Positions 1-9,149 of a stretch of DNA of 32,000 nucleotides are shown one piece after another (within the stretch, counting starts at the first letter, position 1; each line of letters opens with the position of its first letter). Below the pieces are notes generated by a model. The model did no database searches. It saw only the letters and a program-made list of their open reading frames with translations, and was not told the DNA's origin. Made by a program: the position numbers and the translations under genes. The stretch is from Candidatus Saccharimonas aalborgensis (lineage in GTDB: Bacteria > Patescibacteriota > Saccharimonadia > Saccharimonadales > Saccharimonadaceae), in contig NC_021219.1 in NCBI RefSeq assembly GCF_000392435.1, positions 660,001 to 692,000 of the forward strand, read 5' to 3'.

Positions 1-1
1 T

Positions 2-1057
2 GGTGTCGAAGATGCCAAACGAGTCTTGCGGGCATGCCAGCAAGACTCTACCTCTGTAGCGTGTACTGCTCTCGATGCGCACAAGTGCAGCACTATCACA
101 GATGCTCAAGTCGTCAGTGGCAGTGGCGAGACGACCATTAAGACAAACGGCTCGAGCGATACTAGTCTCAACCAAGCCTATACGTGTGTCAAGATATTTC
201 GACAAACCGACGATAATATAGGGGATCTGACTGCGGGCACAAGTAAAGTTATTCGCATGAAAGCGACAGCCCCGTTTTCTTATTTCACCGTTGAGTGGAT
301 GCTAAAGGGCAAGCCAGGCGGTGAGGATTCATCTGATCTTACAGCTCCTACCTCGAGCGTCCCTGTTATATCGTTACCGCCACGCTCAGGTTGGTCATCA
401 AACTCGCCATCACTCTTGCGTGTCCAAGCTCTTCTGCCCCCAAATGCCAGTTCGGTGGATAGGGCGGCGATGGACGGAGCAATGCCAGATCCAGCAAATC
501 CAGGTAATAGTATCTATATCGCGTCAACAACATTCCTGAGGCCATCAAATGTAAGCGCCTCTCAGAATGCGCTCGGTACGACTGCTTCGATAGGCTCTCA
601 ACCACGTGCACCAGCTGATCTCAACGCTCATGTCGAATCGCTGAGTCCGATTGCGGTATCGTGCTCGAAAGCTGGCTATCTTGGCGGTGCATACGCCTGT
701 AAAGCTGCATTTAAAGTATCATATACGGTCCCCGCGGGCTCGACAGTTGCTTTTCTGCGATTAAGTAGTATCTATCGAGATACCTCATATCGAGTAGCCC
801 TTTATACATCAGAGCTTGATCAAACGCTCGTACAGTTTGATGGTGTCCAGCCTCTTGTTGACTCAACAGGTCGGGCAAATAATGTCTATCGGCGGGTTGA
901 GAGTCGTATTGAACCAGGGGTTGCTGGTACAGGAGCACTTCCGTATCCTGAAAATGCGGTCGATGTAACCGGCAGTTTTTGCAAAGATTTTTATATTACT
1001 AATACAGTGGGGAGCACGGGAGTGCCTGCCTGCTCCACCATTCCCGTCATTCCGTAG
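2..1057 (+). CDS. Hypothetical secreted/surface-type protein, 5' truncated by window edge
   Basis: The ORF track starts at TTG (26), but the frame is open to the window edge (GVEDAKRV-LRACQQDS...). Ser/Thr/Pro-rich composition; stop at 1057. No family recognised. Confidence 0.65.
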   Translation, partial: GVEDAKRVLRACQQDSTSVACTALDAHKCSTITDAQVVSGSGETTIKTNGSSDTSLNQAYTCVKIFRQTDDNIGDLTAGTSKVIRMKATAPFSYFTVEWMLKGKPGGEDSSDLTAPTSSVPVISLPPRSGWSSNSPSLLRVQALLPPNASSVDRAAMDGAMPDPANPGNSIYIASTTFLRPSNVSASQNALGTTASIGSQPRAPADLNAHVESLSPIAVSCSKAGYLGGAYACKAAFKVSYTVPAGSTVAFLRLSSIYRDTSYRVALYTSELDQTLVQFDGVQPLVDSTGRANNVYRRVESRIEPGVAGTGALPYPENAVDVTGSFCKDFYITNTVGSTGVPACSTIPVIP

Positions 1058-1970
1058 TAGAGTTCTCGCTATGGTATTGATCGTATACCTGCTTGAGGTG
1101 GGTATCTGTCACATGGGTATACACCTGGGTAGTACTAATGTTGCTGTGGCCTAGCATGGATTGTACACTACGGATATCTGCCCCGTTCATCAGCAGGTCT
1201 GTTGCGAAACTATGACGCATAGTGTGAGGGCTGACGTGTTTTGTGATACCGGCAAGTTTTGCGTATTTACTGACGAGGCGCTCAATACTTCGAGGAGTCA
1301 GTCGTCTGTACATTCCAGATCGATCGGCGCCGCAGTTACGACTATAGTTTAAAAATAGGGGAGGCAGTGAGTCGGTTCGTGTAGACAAATAGGCCTCAAC
1401 ATGCGCAGCTGCCTCTCGACTCACAAAGACTGGTCTATCTTTTTGGCCTTTACCGCGCACCATAAATTCTCTGCGTTTGGTATTGATATGGTCCCTGTCA
1501 AGAGCGGTGAGTTCGGATATTCGTAGCCCACTTGAAAAGAGTAGTTCGATTATCGCACGGTCGCGCAGGTGCTGCTCTTTGCCGGTTGATGGGATAGATT
1601 CGATGAGGCGTTGAAGCTCCTCGAAATGGAGAAATGTGACTTGCTTGCGGTGTACCTTTGGGAGTTCAATTTTATCAGGGCTCAGCGAGGCAATGTTCCT
1701 TTTAGAAAGGTAGGATAGAAATCCTCGGAGCGCAATCAAATGATAACTCTGTGTGATGAGTGCGAGGTCCTCTCCAGAAATATCTGAAGTATAGCGATTA
1801 AGCCATAACCGATATTTTCTCATCAGCTCCGATGAGATATCTGCCACTAATATATCTCCGGCAAATTCAATAAAGCGTTCGAGATAACGGCGGTAGTTTT
1901 CGGCAGTTTTTGCTGAGCGACCACGTTCTACTTCCATGTGTTCAATAAAATCAATGATGAGCTCAGACAT
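1047..1970 (-). CDS. xerC: Tyrosine recombinase (XerC/XerD family)
   Basis: N-terminal SAM-like core domain and catalytic motifs SGLRISEL, HTMRHSFAT, LGHSNISTTQVYTHV. The ORF track extends to 2123, but MSELIIDFIEHMEVERGRSAKTAENYRRY at 1970 is the plausible start; a start at 2123 would overlap uppP. Confidence 0.88.
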   Translation of the reverse strand: MSELIIDFIEHMEVERGRSAKTAENYRRYLERFIEFAGDILVADISSELMRKYRLWLNRYTSDISGEDLALITQSYHLIALRGFLSYLSKRNIASLSPDKIELPKVHRKQVTFLHFEELQRLIESIPSTGKEQHLRDRAIIELLFSSGLRISELTALDRDHINTKRREFMVRGKGQKDRPVFVSREAAAHVEAYLSTRTDSLPPLFLNYSRNCGADRSGMYRRLTPRSIERLVSKYAKLAGITKHVSPHTMRHSFATDLLMNGADIRSVQSMLGHSNISTTQVYTHVTDTHLKQVYDQYHSENSTTE

Positions 1971-2022
1971 GTACATATACCTAGCATAGCGCATTATTAA
2001 GCGAAAGCGTATAATAACCCCT

Positions 2023-2817
2023 ATGGATATATTGCAGACGGTGGTAATGGGGTTGGTGCAGGGTGCAACTGAGTTTATCCCAGTAAGTAGCTCTGGCCAT
2101 CTTGTCATTGCGCAGCACTTCATGAAAATTGCTCCCGATCATCTGTTCCTCGAGTATATTAATATAGGTACCTTGCTCGCACTTATCACCTACTATAGGA
2201 GAGAGTGGAGACAGTTAGTAAAGGATATATTTGAACAAAAAAAGTATTCACTAGCAGTCAACATAGTGCTCACATCTTTGCCTGCAGGACTTATAGGATT
2301 TTTTTTGGCGGATTTTATAGATGGTTCATCCTTTTTCGTAAGCGTATATGTTGTGCTTGTCACACTGCCAACAATCGGTGTTGTCATGATTATCCTAGAG
2401 AGATTGCCCCGCGCTCGCTCGGTAATGCGTATGGAGGAGCTATCCTGGCATAGCGCGCTGACCATTGGTTTTGCTCAAGTGCTAGCGCTTATACCCGGAG
2501 TATCGCGTTCAGGATCAACTATTATCGCGGGTCGCCTTGTAGGGTTGACGAGTTCAGAAGCAGCGAGGTATAGTTTCATGGCTTCATTGCCCATAATGCT
2601 TGCAGTGAGCGTAAAACTCTTTCTAAAATCATCCGATAGACTCTATTTTATTGATCATATGCCAGCCATTGTGATTAGCAACGTTGTTGCCTTTGTAGCA
2701 GGGGTTTCAGCGATCAGTTTTTTGATGCGGTATTTGTCCGGCCATAGCTTAGCCCTTTTTGGGTGGTATCGTATTATCCTTTCGATTGCCGTTCTTAGCA
2801 TGCTTTTGATACTATAA
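2023..2817 (+). CDS. uppP: Undecaprenyl-diphosphatase (UppP/BacA)
   Basis: MDILQTVVMGLVQGATEFIPVSSSGHL and ALIPGVSRSGSTIIAGR motifs; multi-TM profile. Confidence 0.95.
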   Translation: MDILQTVVMGLVQGATEFIPVSSSGHLVIAQHFMKIAPDHLFLEYINIGTLLALITYYRREWRQLVKDIFEQKKYSLAVNIVLTSLPAGLIGFFLADFIDGSSFFVSVYVVLVTLPTIGVVMIILERLPRARSVMRMEELSWHSALTIGFAQVLALIPGVSRSGSTIIAGRLVGLTSSEAARYSFMASLPIMLAVSVKLFLKSSDRLYFIDHMPAIVISNVVAFVAGVSAISFLMRYLSGHSLALFGWYRIILSIAVLSMLLIL

Positions 2818-2842
2818 GTGAAGAACTAGGAAAAAAAGGAGA

Positions 2843-3430
2843 ATGGTATTGATGGAGCGTACACTTGTTGTGATGAAACCAGATGCTGTACAGCGCGGCA
2901 TAGTTGGTGAAATTATAAGCCGATTTGAAAAAGTTGGTTTGAAGATTATAGGTTCAAAAATGTTTATCCCAAGCCGGGAACTCATGGATACTCATTATCC
3001 GGGCGATCGTATGGAGTTTGTTGAAGGATTAGGCAAGAGGACACTAGAGAGCTACAAAGAGATGGGCCTTGACCCGGTTACACAATTTGGACATGATGAT
3101 CCTATAAAGATTGGTGCCGAAGTACGTCGCTGGCTTACGGAGTTTATGCGTTCTGGCCCTGTTTTTGCTTTTGTACTTGAAGGTCCTCATGCTATCGAAG
3201 TTGTCCGAAAGATTGTGGGTGCAACGCTCCCACAAAAAGCATTGCCAGGCACGATTAGGGGTGACTACTCGTTTGATTCCTCCTATTTGGCAAACAGCAA
3301 TGCGCGACCAGTGAAGAACCTTATCCATGCATCAGGGAATATCGATGAAGCAACCTTTGAGGTCGGTCTGTGGTTTGATGATGATGAATTATTTGATTAT
3401 GATACGATTCATCAAGCGCACATGAAGTAA
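2843..3430 (+). CDS. ndk: Nucleoside-diphosphate kinase with internal insertion; MERT start at 2852 also possible
   Basis: ERTLVVMKPDAVQRGIVGEIISRFEKVG, GPVFAFVLEGPHAIEVVRKIVGAT, PGTIRGDYS, NLIHAS. Confidence 0.9.
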   Translation: MVLMERTLVVMKPDAVQRGIVGEIISRFEKVGLKIIGSKMFIPSRELMDTHYPGDRMEFVEGLGKRTLESYKEMGLDPVTQFGHDDPIKIGAEVRRWLTEFMRSGPVFAFVLEGPHAIEVVRKIVGATLPQKALPGTIRGDYSFDSSYLANSNARPVKNLIHASGNIDEATFEVGLWFDDDELFDYDTIHQAHMK

Positions 3431-3469
3431 TGGTGTTACGGTTCGTTACTGAGGTATAATGGTAGCTAT

Positions 3470-3546
3470 GCCTCGGTAGCTCAATTGGATAGAGCAGTTC
3501 CGTCCTAAGGAAAAGGTTGTAGGTTCAACTCCTGCCCGGGGTACCA
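3470..3546 (+). tRNA. tRNA-Arg(CCT), CCA encoded
   Basis: Cloverleaf folded by eye: acceptor GCCTCGG/CCGGGGT, anticodon loop GTCCTAA, T-arm GTAGGTTCAACTCCTGC, encoded ACCA. TATAAT box upstream. Confidence 0.9.
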
Positions 3547-3550
3547 AAGG

Positions 3551-4093
3551 ATGAATATGAAGCAAGTACAAACGTCAGAAGTTGCATTTGAAGGCCAACG
3601 TGAGGGTGAAAAGCTGCTCTTTGTTTTTCGTCGTCATATCATCGCTATGAGGAAGGGATTTTATGGGCTTCTGATACCGTTTGCCTTAACGTCGATTCCT
3701 CCGCTTATTTGGTCCGCAAACCTTGAGTTATTTATCTTGCCGCTCGTCGGGCTAGGGATCGGATTGATCATCTTTTTTTACCACTTTATTATGTGGTATT
3801 TTACTGTTTATATTGTTTCTAATGAGCGTATACGGCAGGTGACACAACGCGGCCTGTTTGGAAAGGATGTCGTAGAGCTGCGTCTATCAAAAATTCAAAA
3901 CATTAGCTATAATGTACCTGGATTCACGGGCGAAATATTTAAATTTGGCACCATCGTCATTCAAACCTTTGTTGGCGATCTCGTTATCCATAATGTTGAG
4001 CACCCGGGAAAAATATATAATAAGCTGCAAGATGCTGTAAATCATGCAATCGAGGTAGTTCCTCAAGGAGAACATGAAGAAACTGACACTTAA
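3551..4093 (+). CDS. Membrane protein with bacterial PH-like domain (YdbS/YdbT-like)
   Basis: Two TM segments followed by YFTVYIVSNERIRQVTQRGLFGKDVVELRLSKIQNISYNVPGFTGEIFKFGTIVIQT, typical of bPH2 domain proteins. Confidence 0.75.
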   Translation: MNMKQVQTSEVAFEGQREGEKLLFVFRRHIIAMRKGFYGLLIPFALTSIPPLIWSANLELFILPLVGLGIGLIIFFYHFIMWYFTVYIVSNERIRQVTQRGLFGKDVVELRLSKIQNISYNVPGFTGEIFKFGTIVIQTFVGDLVIHNVEHPGKIYNKLQDAVNHAIEVVPQGEHEETDT

Positions 4094-5123
4094 GTCGGTG
4101 CTAAAAGGCCGAAAGAAATCAGAAGAGTCGCCATCTCGTATTACCAACGAGACAGTAGCAGAACACCGCGAAAAGATTCTTGCGGGGGGTAGGAGGTTTA
4201 AATATCCTATACAATATGCTCGGCACAAACTTGTCATCAATGCACTGATGATAGTAGTTGCATCAGTGGTTGTTCTTGCGTTGTTGGGGTGGTGGCAACT
4301 CTATTTCGTGCAAAACTCGAGCACATTTCTGTATAGAGTAACGCGTATCATACCGGTACCGGTTGCTTCTGTCGATGGCGAGTCGGTGCCTTTTGGTGAT
4401 TATTTAGTAAAATATCGTGGTTCTGAGTACTACATGAGTAAGTATAGTGAGGAGAAGCTTGATAGTGCCGATGGTAAGAAACAGCTCGATCATTTTAAGC
4501 GCGTGGCACTCAACTCTGCGATTGCTGATGCGTATGCTCAGAAATTAGCGCGCATCAATAACGTCACTATAAATGATAAAGACGTTGATGCAGTTATCGA
4601 TTTGCAGCGTAACACCGCCAATGGTCGCATTACAGAGGAAACGTTTTATGCCTCCTCAAGAATGCTCTATGATTGGTCACCTGACGATTATCGTTCACAA
4701 CTCAGCCGCAGTATTTTACGATCGAGGGTGGCATTTGCGATCGACAAGACTGCGGTAGAGCGTGAGACAAAAGCGGCAACACTCCTCGGTGAAAATAATA
4801 ATGATTTTCGTCTGGTAGCTAGCCTTATGGGCGGTGAGGGAAATGCAAAGGTGCAGGCTGGAGTATCGGGGCCAGTTGATATTACGGGAACATTCGGTGG
4901 GCTACAGGTTTCTGAGGTTGCTAAGGTGCCAAAGGGGACAGTTTCGAGTGTTCTGCTTACAAGCACTGATGGTGGCTACTATTACGTTCGAGTGCTCGAT
5001 AAAAATGAAAAACAAATTAACTTTGAATATCTTCATATCCCACTGGCCGAGTTTGCTAATCAATTAGCACGTCTCAAAGCGGATGGCAAGATTCACGAGT
5101 ATATAGCTGTTCCAAAAGAATAA
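4074..5123 (+). CDS. Membrane-anchored SurA-N-like / peptidyl-prolyl isomerase-like protein
   Basis: One N-terminal TM, then SurA_N-like helical region (LNSAIADAYAQKLARINNVTINDKDVDAVID) and a C-terminal region ending in VSEVAKVPKGTVSSVLLTSTDGGYYYVRVLDK. Confidence 0.55.
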   Translation: MKKLTLKSVLKGRKKSEESPSRITNETVAEHREKILAGGRRFKYPIQYARHKLVINALMIVVASVVVLALLGWWQLYFVQNSSTFLYRVTRIIPVPVASVDGESVPFGDYLVKYRGSEYYMSKYSEEKLDSADGKKQLDHFKRVALNSAIADAYAQKLARINNVTINDKDVDAVIDLQRNTANGRITEETFYASSRMLYDWSPDDYRSQLSRSILRSRVAFAIDKTAVERETKAATLLGENNNDFRLVASLMGGEGNAKVQAGVSGPVDITGTFGGLQVSEVAKVPKGTVSSVLLTSTDGGYYYVRVLDKNEKQINFEYLHIPLAEFANQLARLKADGKIHEYIAVPKE

Positions 5124-5148
5124 TAGTACCGCAAAGGAGTTATCTAGA

Positions 5149-5742
5149 ATGCACATTTTACCGGATTTGCCGTATGATTACGCGGCGCTCGAACCTGTAA
5201 TAAGCGAGGAGATCATGCGTTTGCACCATCTCAAACATCATCAGACATACGTCGATAAGCTAAATGCGGCGCTTGAACAAGCAACGGAGTTTAAGGATAC
5301 TCCATTGGTTGAACTTTTGTCAGATATAGAGAAATTACCTTCGTCAATAAAAACCGCTATTCGAAACCATGGTGGTGGTCACTATAACCATAGTCTTTTC
5401 TGGAAGTGTATGCGGCCTGGAGATGGGGGCCAACCTGGGGGCGAATTGGCAGAAGCGATTACAGCAAAGTGGGGGAGTTATCACGCGTTTGTCCAAGAGT
5501 TTTCTAGTGCAGCAACTGGATTATTCGGTAGCGGATGGGTGTGGTTGACACGCGATCTTGAGATAATCCCATTGCCAAATCAAGACACTCCCATGATGCT
5601 AGGTAAGGGTGAACCGATCCTGGGACTCGATGTGTGGGAGCACGCCTACTATCTCGATTATAAGAATAAACGCGACGAATACATTAACAGTTGGTGGAAG
5701 TTAGTAAACTGGGAGTTTGTTGAGGAACGTTACAGGAGATAA
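5149..5742 (+). CDS. Superoxide dismutase (Fe/Mn family)
   Basis: LPDLPYDYAALEPVISEEIMRLHHLKHHQTYVDKLN, NHGGGHYNHSLFWKCM, GSGWVWLTRD, LDVWEHAYYLDYKNKRDEYINSWW. Confidence 0.95.
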   Translation: MHILPDLPYDYAALEPVISEEIMRLHHLKHHQTYVDKLNAALEQATEFKDTPLVELLSDIEKLPSSIKTAIRNHGGGHYNHSLFWKCMRPGDGGQPGGELAEAITAKWGSYHAFVQEFSSAATGLFGSGWVWLTRDLEIIPLPNQDTPMMLGKGEPILGLDVWEHAYYLDYKNKRDEYINSWWKLVNWEFVEERYRR

Positions 5743-5743
5743 T

Positions 5744-6160
5744 ATGGAAACAAAGGTGCTAATTGTCGCAGTCGTGGAAAATGATGGTAGTATTCTGATG
5801 CGCAAAAAACCAGACGGTTCGCCACCATACAAAGAAACCTGGTACATATTCGGTGCTACGGCGACGCCCGATACATCGGTTGATGAAGCGGTGAAGCGTG
5901 AGGTAAAAGCAAAGTCAGGCGTCGATGTAGTATTAAAGAATAAGCTCTCGTGGGACACGGAGATCAAAAATGATCTTGACGGTGTAAGAAAGTTCTTTAT
6001 CTACCTCGATGTGCTTTGCGAATACGTCGGTGGTGATCTAGTGGCTGGAGCGGACGTTGAGAAGCTCGAGTGGGTGGATAAAAGTGAACTTGCTCATTAT
6101 GATATTGTCCCGCCATCACGCGTGTTGTTTGAGAAATTAGGCTACATACGTAACGTTTAG
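5744..6160 (+). CDS. NUDIX hydrolase
   Basis: Nudix-like box GATATPDTSVDEAVKREVKAKSGVDV. Start at METK (5744) preceded by AGGAG. Confidence 0.75.
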   Translation: METKVLIVAVVENDGSILMRKKPDGSPPYKETWYIFGATATPDTSVDEAVKREVKAKSGVDVVLKNKLSWDTEIKNDLDGVRKFFIYLDVLCEYVGGDLVAGADVEKLEWVDKSELAHYDIVPPSRVLFEKLGYIRNV

Positions 6161-6302
6161 TCGAACGTTGCTTTACTTTTTCGCTCGAAAGGGACACGTG
6201 CGAGCAGGAGTTTTCTTTCTCAATTCACTGAATCGCCAGCTCAAATCATACGGAACATGCCAAAATAAAAGATCCACCCGCGGTGGGGTGAATATATTAT
6301 TT

Positions 6303-6380
6303 TGGCGCGCCCGACCGGATTCGAACCGGCGATCTCCTCCGTGACAGGGAGGCGTACTAGGCCAACTATACCACGGGCGC
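6303..6380 (-). tRNA. tRNA-Asp(GTC), CCA encoded
   Basis: Reverse complement GCGCCCGTGG...CCTCC-CTGTCAC-GGAGG...GGTTCGAATCC...CGGGCGC-GCCA. Confidence 0.93.
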
Positions 6381-6489
6381 ATATCGCAGTGCTCCCAGTA
6401 TTCTAGCAGTAGAAAGAGTTTTTTTCAACAGGGATAGACGATTCCTTCACCGGGCCCAGGGTGGTATAATGAAACATGTTTAGGTGTAT

Positions 6490-6565
6490 GCCGCTGTAGC
6501 TCAGTTGGTAGAGCGGCGCTTTCGTAAAGCGTAGGTCACCGGTTCAACCCCGGTCAGCGGCTCCA
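6490..6565 (+). tRNA. tRNA-Thr(CGT), CCA encoded, discriminator U73
   Basis: GCCGCTGTAGCTCAGTTGGTAGAGCGGCGCTTTCGTAAAGCGTAGGTCACCGGTTCAACCCCGGTCAGCGGCTCCA. Confidence 0.95.
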
Positions 6566-6573
6566 AGGAACGT

Positions 6574-6951
6574 ATGAGTAGAGAAGACATTAAACTATCT
6601 ATAAAACGCGTCATGACGGATCGTCCGTTTTTGCTGCTTTTAGCTGCAGTGATTGTGTCTGGTGTGGTATATACGGCAATAACTGGTTTTTCACTACAAG
6701 TTCGTGATGCACAAGTCTATTCAAGAGTGAGCGCATTTGGCGAGCAACATTTTTATAAAGACCACTGGCAATATCTGGCAGGGTTTGCACTTTTTGGAGC
6801 TGCAGTGACAACTATTCATACCATGTTAATGATTAAACTTCACAATCTTGAGCGTCGACAAACAGCGTTGCTTCTTGGATATGCAACGATAGTCATTTTT
6901 GTGATATCGCTCGGCTATGCTCTCTCAATAATGCGCTTGGCGTTCCGATAG
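6574..6951 (+). CDS. Small membrane protein (about 3 TM), function unknown
   Basis: Hydrophobic segments; 2-nt gap to the next gene suggests cotranscription. Confidence 0.7.
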   Translation: MSREDIKLSIKRVMTDRPFLLLLAAVIVSGVVYTAITGFSLQVRDAQVYSRVSAFGEQHFYKDHWQYLAGFALFGAAVTTIHTMLMIKLHNLERRQTALLLGYATIVIFVISLGYALSIMRLAFR

Positions 6952-6953
6952 CC

Positions 6954-8618
6954 ATGATTGATCTTGAACTGCCTCTTAATAAGCGCACAAAACTGTATCG
7001 ATTTTTTGAGATACTGCCTGGTTTTTTGAGCTATGGTATGATAATACTTCTTTTTGTTCTAGCAATGGTAAGTCCTCTTGCTGCCGCTGTCTATTTACTT
7101 TTACTTATTATTACTATGTTCGTGAAAGCAGGCGGTATTGCGTTTCGTTCAATCATGGGTCATCGCAGACTAGTGCGCGCACAGCGTATCAATTGGCACG
7201 CTAGGCTCGCTGAGCTTGAAGATCCGGCCAAGAGCTACCACACTGTCATGGACGTGTCATCAAGTGGTTTTGAGTATGATACGCACAAGGAAAACCTTCG
7301 TTTTATGGCTGCAGACCCAAATATGTTCCCAAAGCCGTCCACGTTATATCAGATGGTTATCATTGCCGCTTATAATGAGGCTTATGATGTGCTCCAGCCA
7401 ACCATCGAGTCAGTACGACATACGCACTACAACAATCAGCAGACTATCCTTGTGCTCGCCTATGAGGAGCGTGGGGGGGTAGGAATTGCCGAAACAGCTA
7501 AGCGGCTTCGCGATGAGTATAGCGGCGTCTTTCTCTCTTTCGAGACGATCATGCATCCAGACGGTCTCTCTGACGAAATACCGTCAGGAAAAGGGCCTAA
7601 TATTACCTTTGCCGGGCACAGAATGAAGGAATGGTGTAAAAAGAGACGGATTGATTACTCAAACGTCATTATTACGACGCTTGATGCTGACAACCGTCCA
7701 CATCCCTCCTACTTTGATTATGTGGCGTATGAGCATATCGTTCATGAGGATCGAAAGCGATTGTCGTATCAACCCATCTCACTATACTTCGGTAATATAT
7801 GGGATGCTCCTGCGCCAATGAGGGTCATTGCGACCGGTAACTCATTCTGGACGATCATCAGTGCCATGAGACCGCATACACTGCGGAATTTCGCTGCCCA
7901 CTCACAGCCAATGGACGCACTGGTAGAGATGAATTTTTGGAGCAAGCGCAGCATCGTTGAGGATGGGCACCAGTATTGGCGGAGTTACTTTTACTACGGG
8001 GGAAATTATAGCGTCGTCCCCATCCATGTCCCCATTTATCAGGATGCAGTGATGTCCGATACGTACCGAAAAACGTTGGTGGCGCAGTTTAAACAACTAC
8101 GACGCTGGGGATATGGTGCCTCAGATATACCGTATGTTGCGACAAGACTCTTTACCAAAAAGCGAAACGTTCCGTTTTTCGAGGGACTTGCGCGTTTCTT
8201 GCGACTAGTAGATAGCCATGTCACCCTTGCGGGGATGGCAATACTTGTGACGTTTGGGGGGTGGGTACCACTTCTCGTCAATTCAGAAGCATCGCGAAAC
8301 TATGCTGCGCATATGCTGCCAGACGTTGTGAGCCAGATACAGAGAGTTGCAATGATCGGACTCTTCATTACCATTATATTGACGTTACGCATGCTTCCCC
8401 CGAGGCCTAGTCACCACAAGCGGCGGCGAATGGTATGGATCATACTACAGTGGATACTTATTCCAGTAACATCGATCGGCTACGGTTCGCTCGCAGCGTA
8501 TAACGCTCAAACACATCTGATGACGGGGAAATATCTTGATACCTTCGATGTCACTGAGAAGGCCACACTGGCCTCGCGCGCGCGCGCCAAAGAGCAACGG
8601 TCTTCGGCAAAAAAATAA
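6954..8618 (+). CDS. Membrane glycosyltransferase, GT2-like
   Basis: AAYNEAYDVLQPTIESV, TTLDADNRPH, GNSFWTI, QFKQLRRWGYG motifs; N- and C-terminal TM segments. Confidence 0.85.
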   Translation: MIDLELPLNKRTKLYRFFEILPGFLSYGMIILLFVLAMVSPLAAAVYLLLLIITMFVKAGGIAFRSIMGHRRLVRAQRINWHARLAELEDPAKSYHTVMDVSSSGFEYDTHKENLRFMAADPNMFPKPSTLYQMVIIAAYNEAYDVLQPTIESVRHTHYNNQQTILVLAYEERGGVGIAETAKRLRDEYSGVFLSFETIMHPDGLSDEIPSGKGPNITFAGHRMKEWCKKRRIDYSNVIITTLDADNRPHPSYFDYVAYEHIVHEDRKRLSYQPISLYFGNIWDAPAPMRVIATGNSFWTIISAMRPHTLRNFAAHSQPMDALVEMNFWSKRSIVEDGHQYWRSYFYYGGNYSVVPIHVPIYQDAVMSDTYRKTLVAQFKQLRRWGYGASDIPYVATRLFTKKRNVPFFEGLARFLRLVDSHVTLAGMAILVTFGGWVPLLVNSEASRNYAAHMLPDVVSQIQRVAMIGLFITIILTLRMLPPRPSHHKRRRMVWIILQWILIPVTSIGYGSLAAYNAQTHLMTGKYLDTFDVTEKATLASRARAKEQRSSAKK

Positions 8619-8658
8619 TTGATCACTTTTGAGGGATCAGATATCGCACAACAAAGAA

Positions 8659-8677
8659 AGCTCCCGTAGAGGGAGCT
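8659..8677 (-). terminator. Hairpin, likely terminator of the 8721-8849 minus-strand ORF
   Basis: Minus strand AGCTCCC-TCTAC-GGGAGCT followed by TTCTTTGTTG. Confidence 0.5.
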
Positions 8678-8720
8678 AGCTATTAATCAGTCACTAGCAA
8701 AAGACCAAGCAGGAGACTAA

Positions 8721-8849
8721 CTAAAGGGAACGGTTTTTAACCGATTTCCGAATGTCTGTCCAGGTTACATCGTACTCAAAAGAAAGATCGAATAGTGTAA
8801 GTGCAGAGGGTTTGAGGTTCTTTTTTGTTTGGGGAGCATCTTTACTCAT
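8721..8849 (-). CDS. Small 42-aa ORF, possible leaderless microprotein
   Basis: MSKDAPQTKKNLKPSALTLFDLSFEYDVTWTDIRKSVKNRSL*. Preceded by TTGACA-17 nt-TAAAAT, with the ATG about 7 nt from the -10 end. Confidence 0.5.
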   Translation of the reverse strand: MSKDAPQTKKNLKPSALTLFDLSFEYDVTWTDIRKSVKNRSL

Positions 8850-8855
8850 GTAGAC

Positions 8856-8884
8856 ATTTTAGCATAAGCGTTCTTGTTTGTCAA
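8856..8884 (-). promoter_or_regulatory. Sigma70-type promoter with extended -10
   Basis: Minus strand TTGACA (8884-8879), 17-nt spacer ending TGC, TAAAAT (8861-8856). Confidence 0.75.
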
Positions 8885-9018
8885 TAGACCAATAACTTGC
8901 CCAATATATCACAGAATGAATAATTACTATCGATTATCACCACTTTGGCTAGTGGAAAACTCCCGGAAAAATGAGGATAAAAAGAAACACCGCTTCAGTG
9001 GTTGAAGTGGTGTTTCTC

Positions 9019-9095
9019 TGGTGGGCGATAGAGGATTCGAACCTCTCACCTCGTCTACGTCAAAGACGCGCTCTAGCCAAATGAGCTAATCACCC
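9019..9095 (-). tRNA. tRNA-Val(GAC), CCA encoded
   Basis: Reverse complement GGGTGATTAGCTCATTTGGCTAGAGCGCGTCTTTGACGTAGACGAGGTGAGAGGTTCGAATCCTCTATCGCCCACCA. Confidence 0.95.
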
Positions 9096-9149
9096 AAGAT
9101 GATACTATAATAACAAACAGAGGCGGCCGTTGCAATTATACTGTGTTTT

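Noticed and set aside
1970-2123. N-terminal extension of the Xer recombinase (track start 2123)
   Set aside because: The extra 51 residues have no Xer similarity and overlap uppP; the start at 1970 matches the family N-terminus.
6173-6382. 69-aa minus-strand ORF
   Set aside because: Overlaps tRNA-Asp and has no protein-like features.
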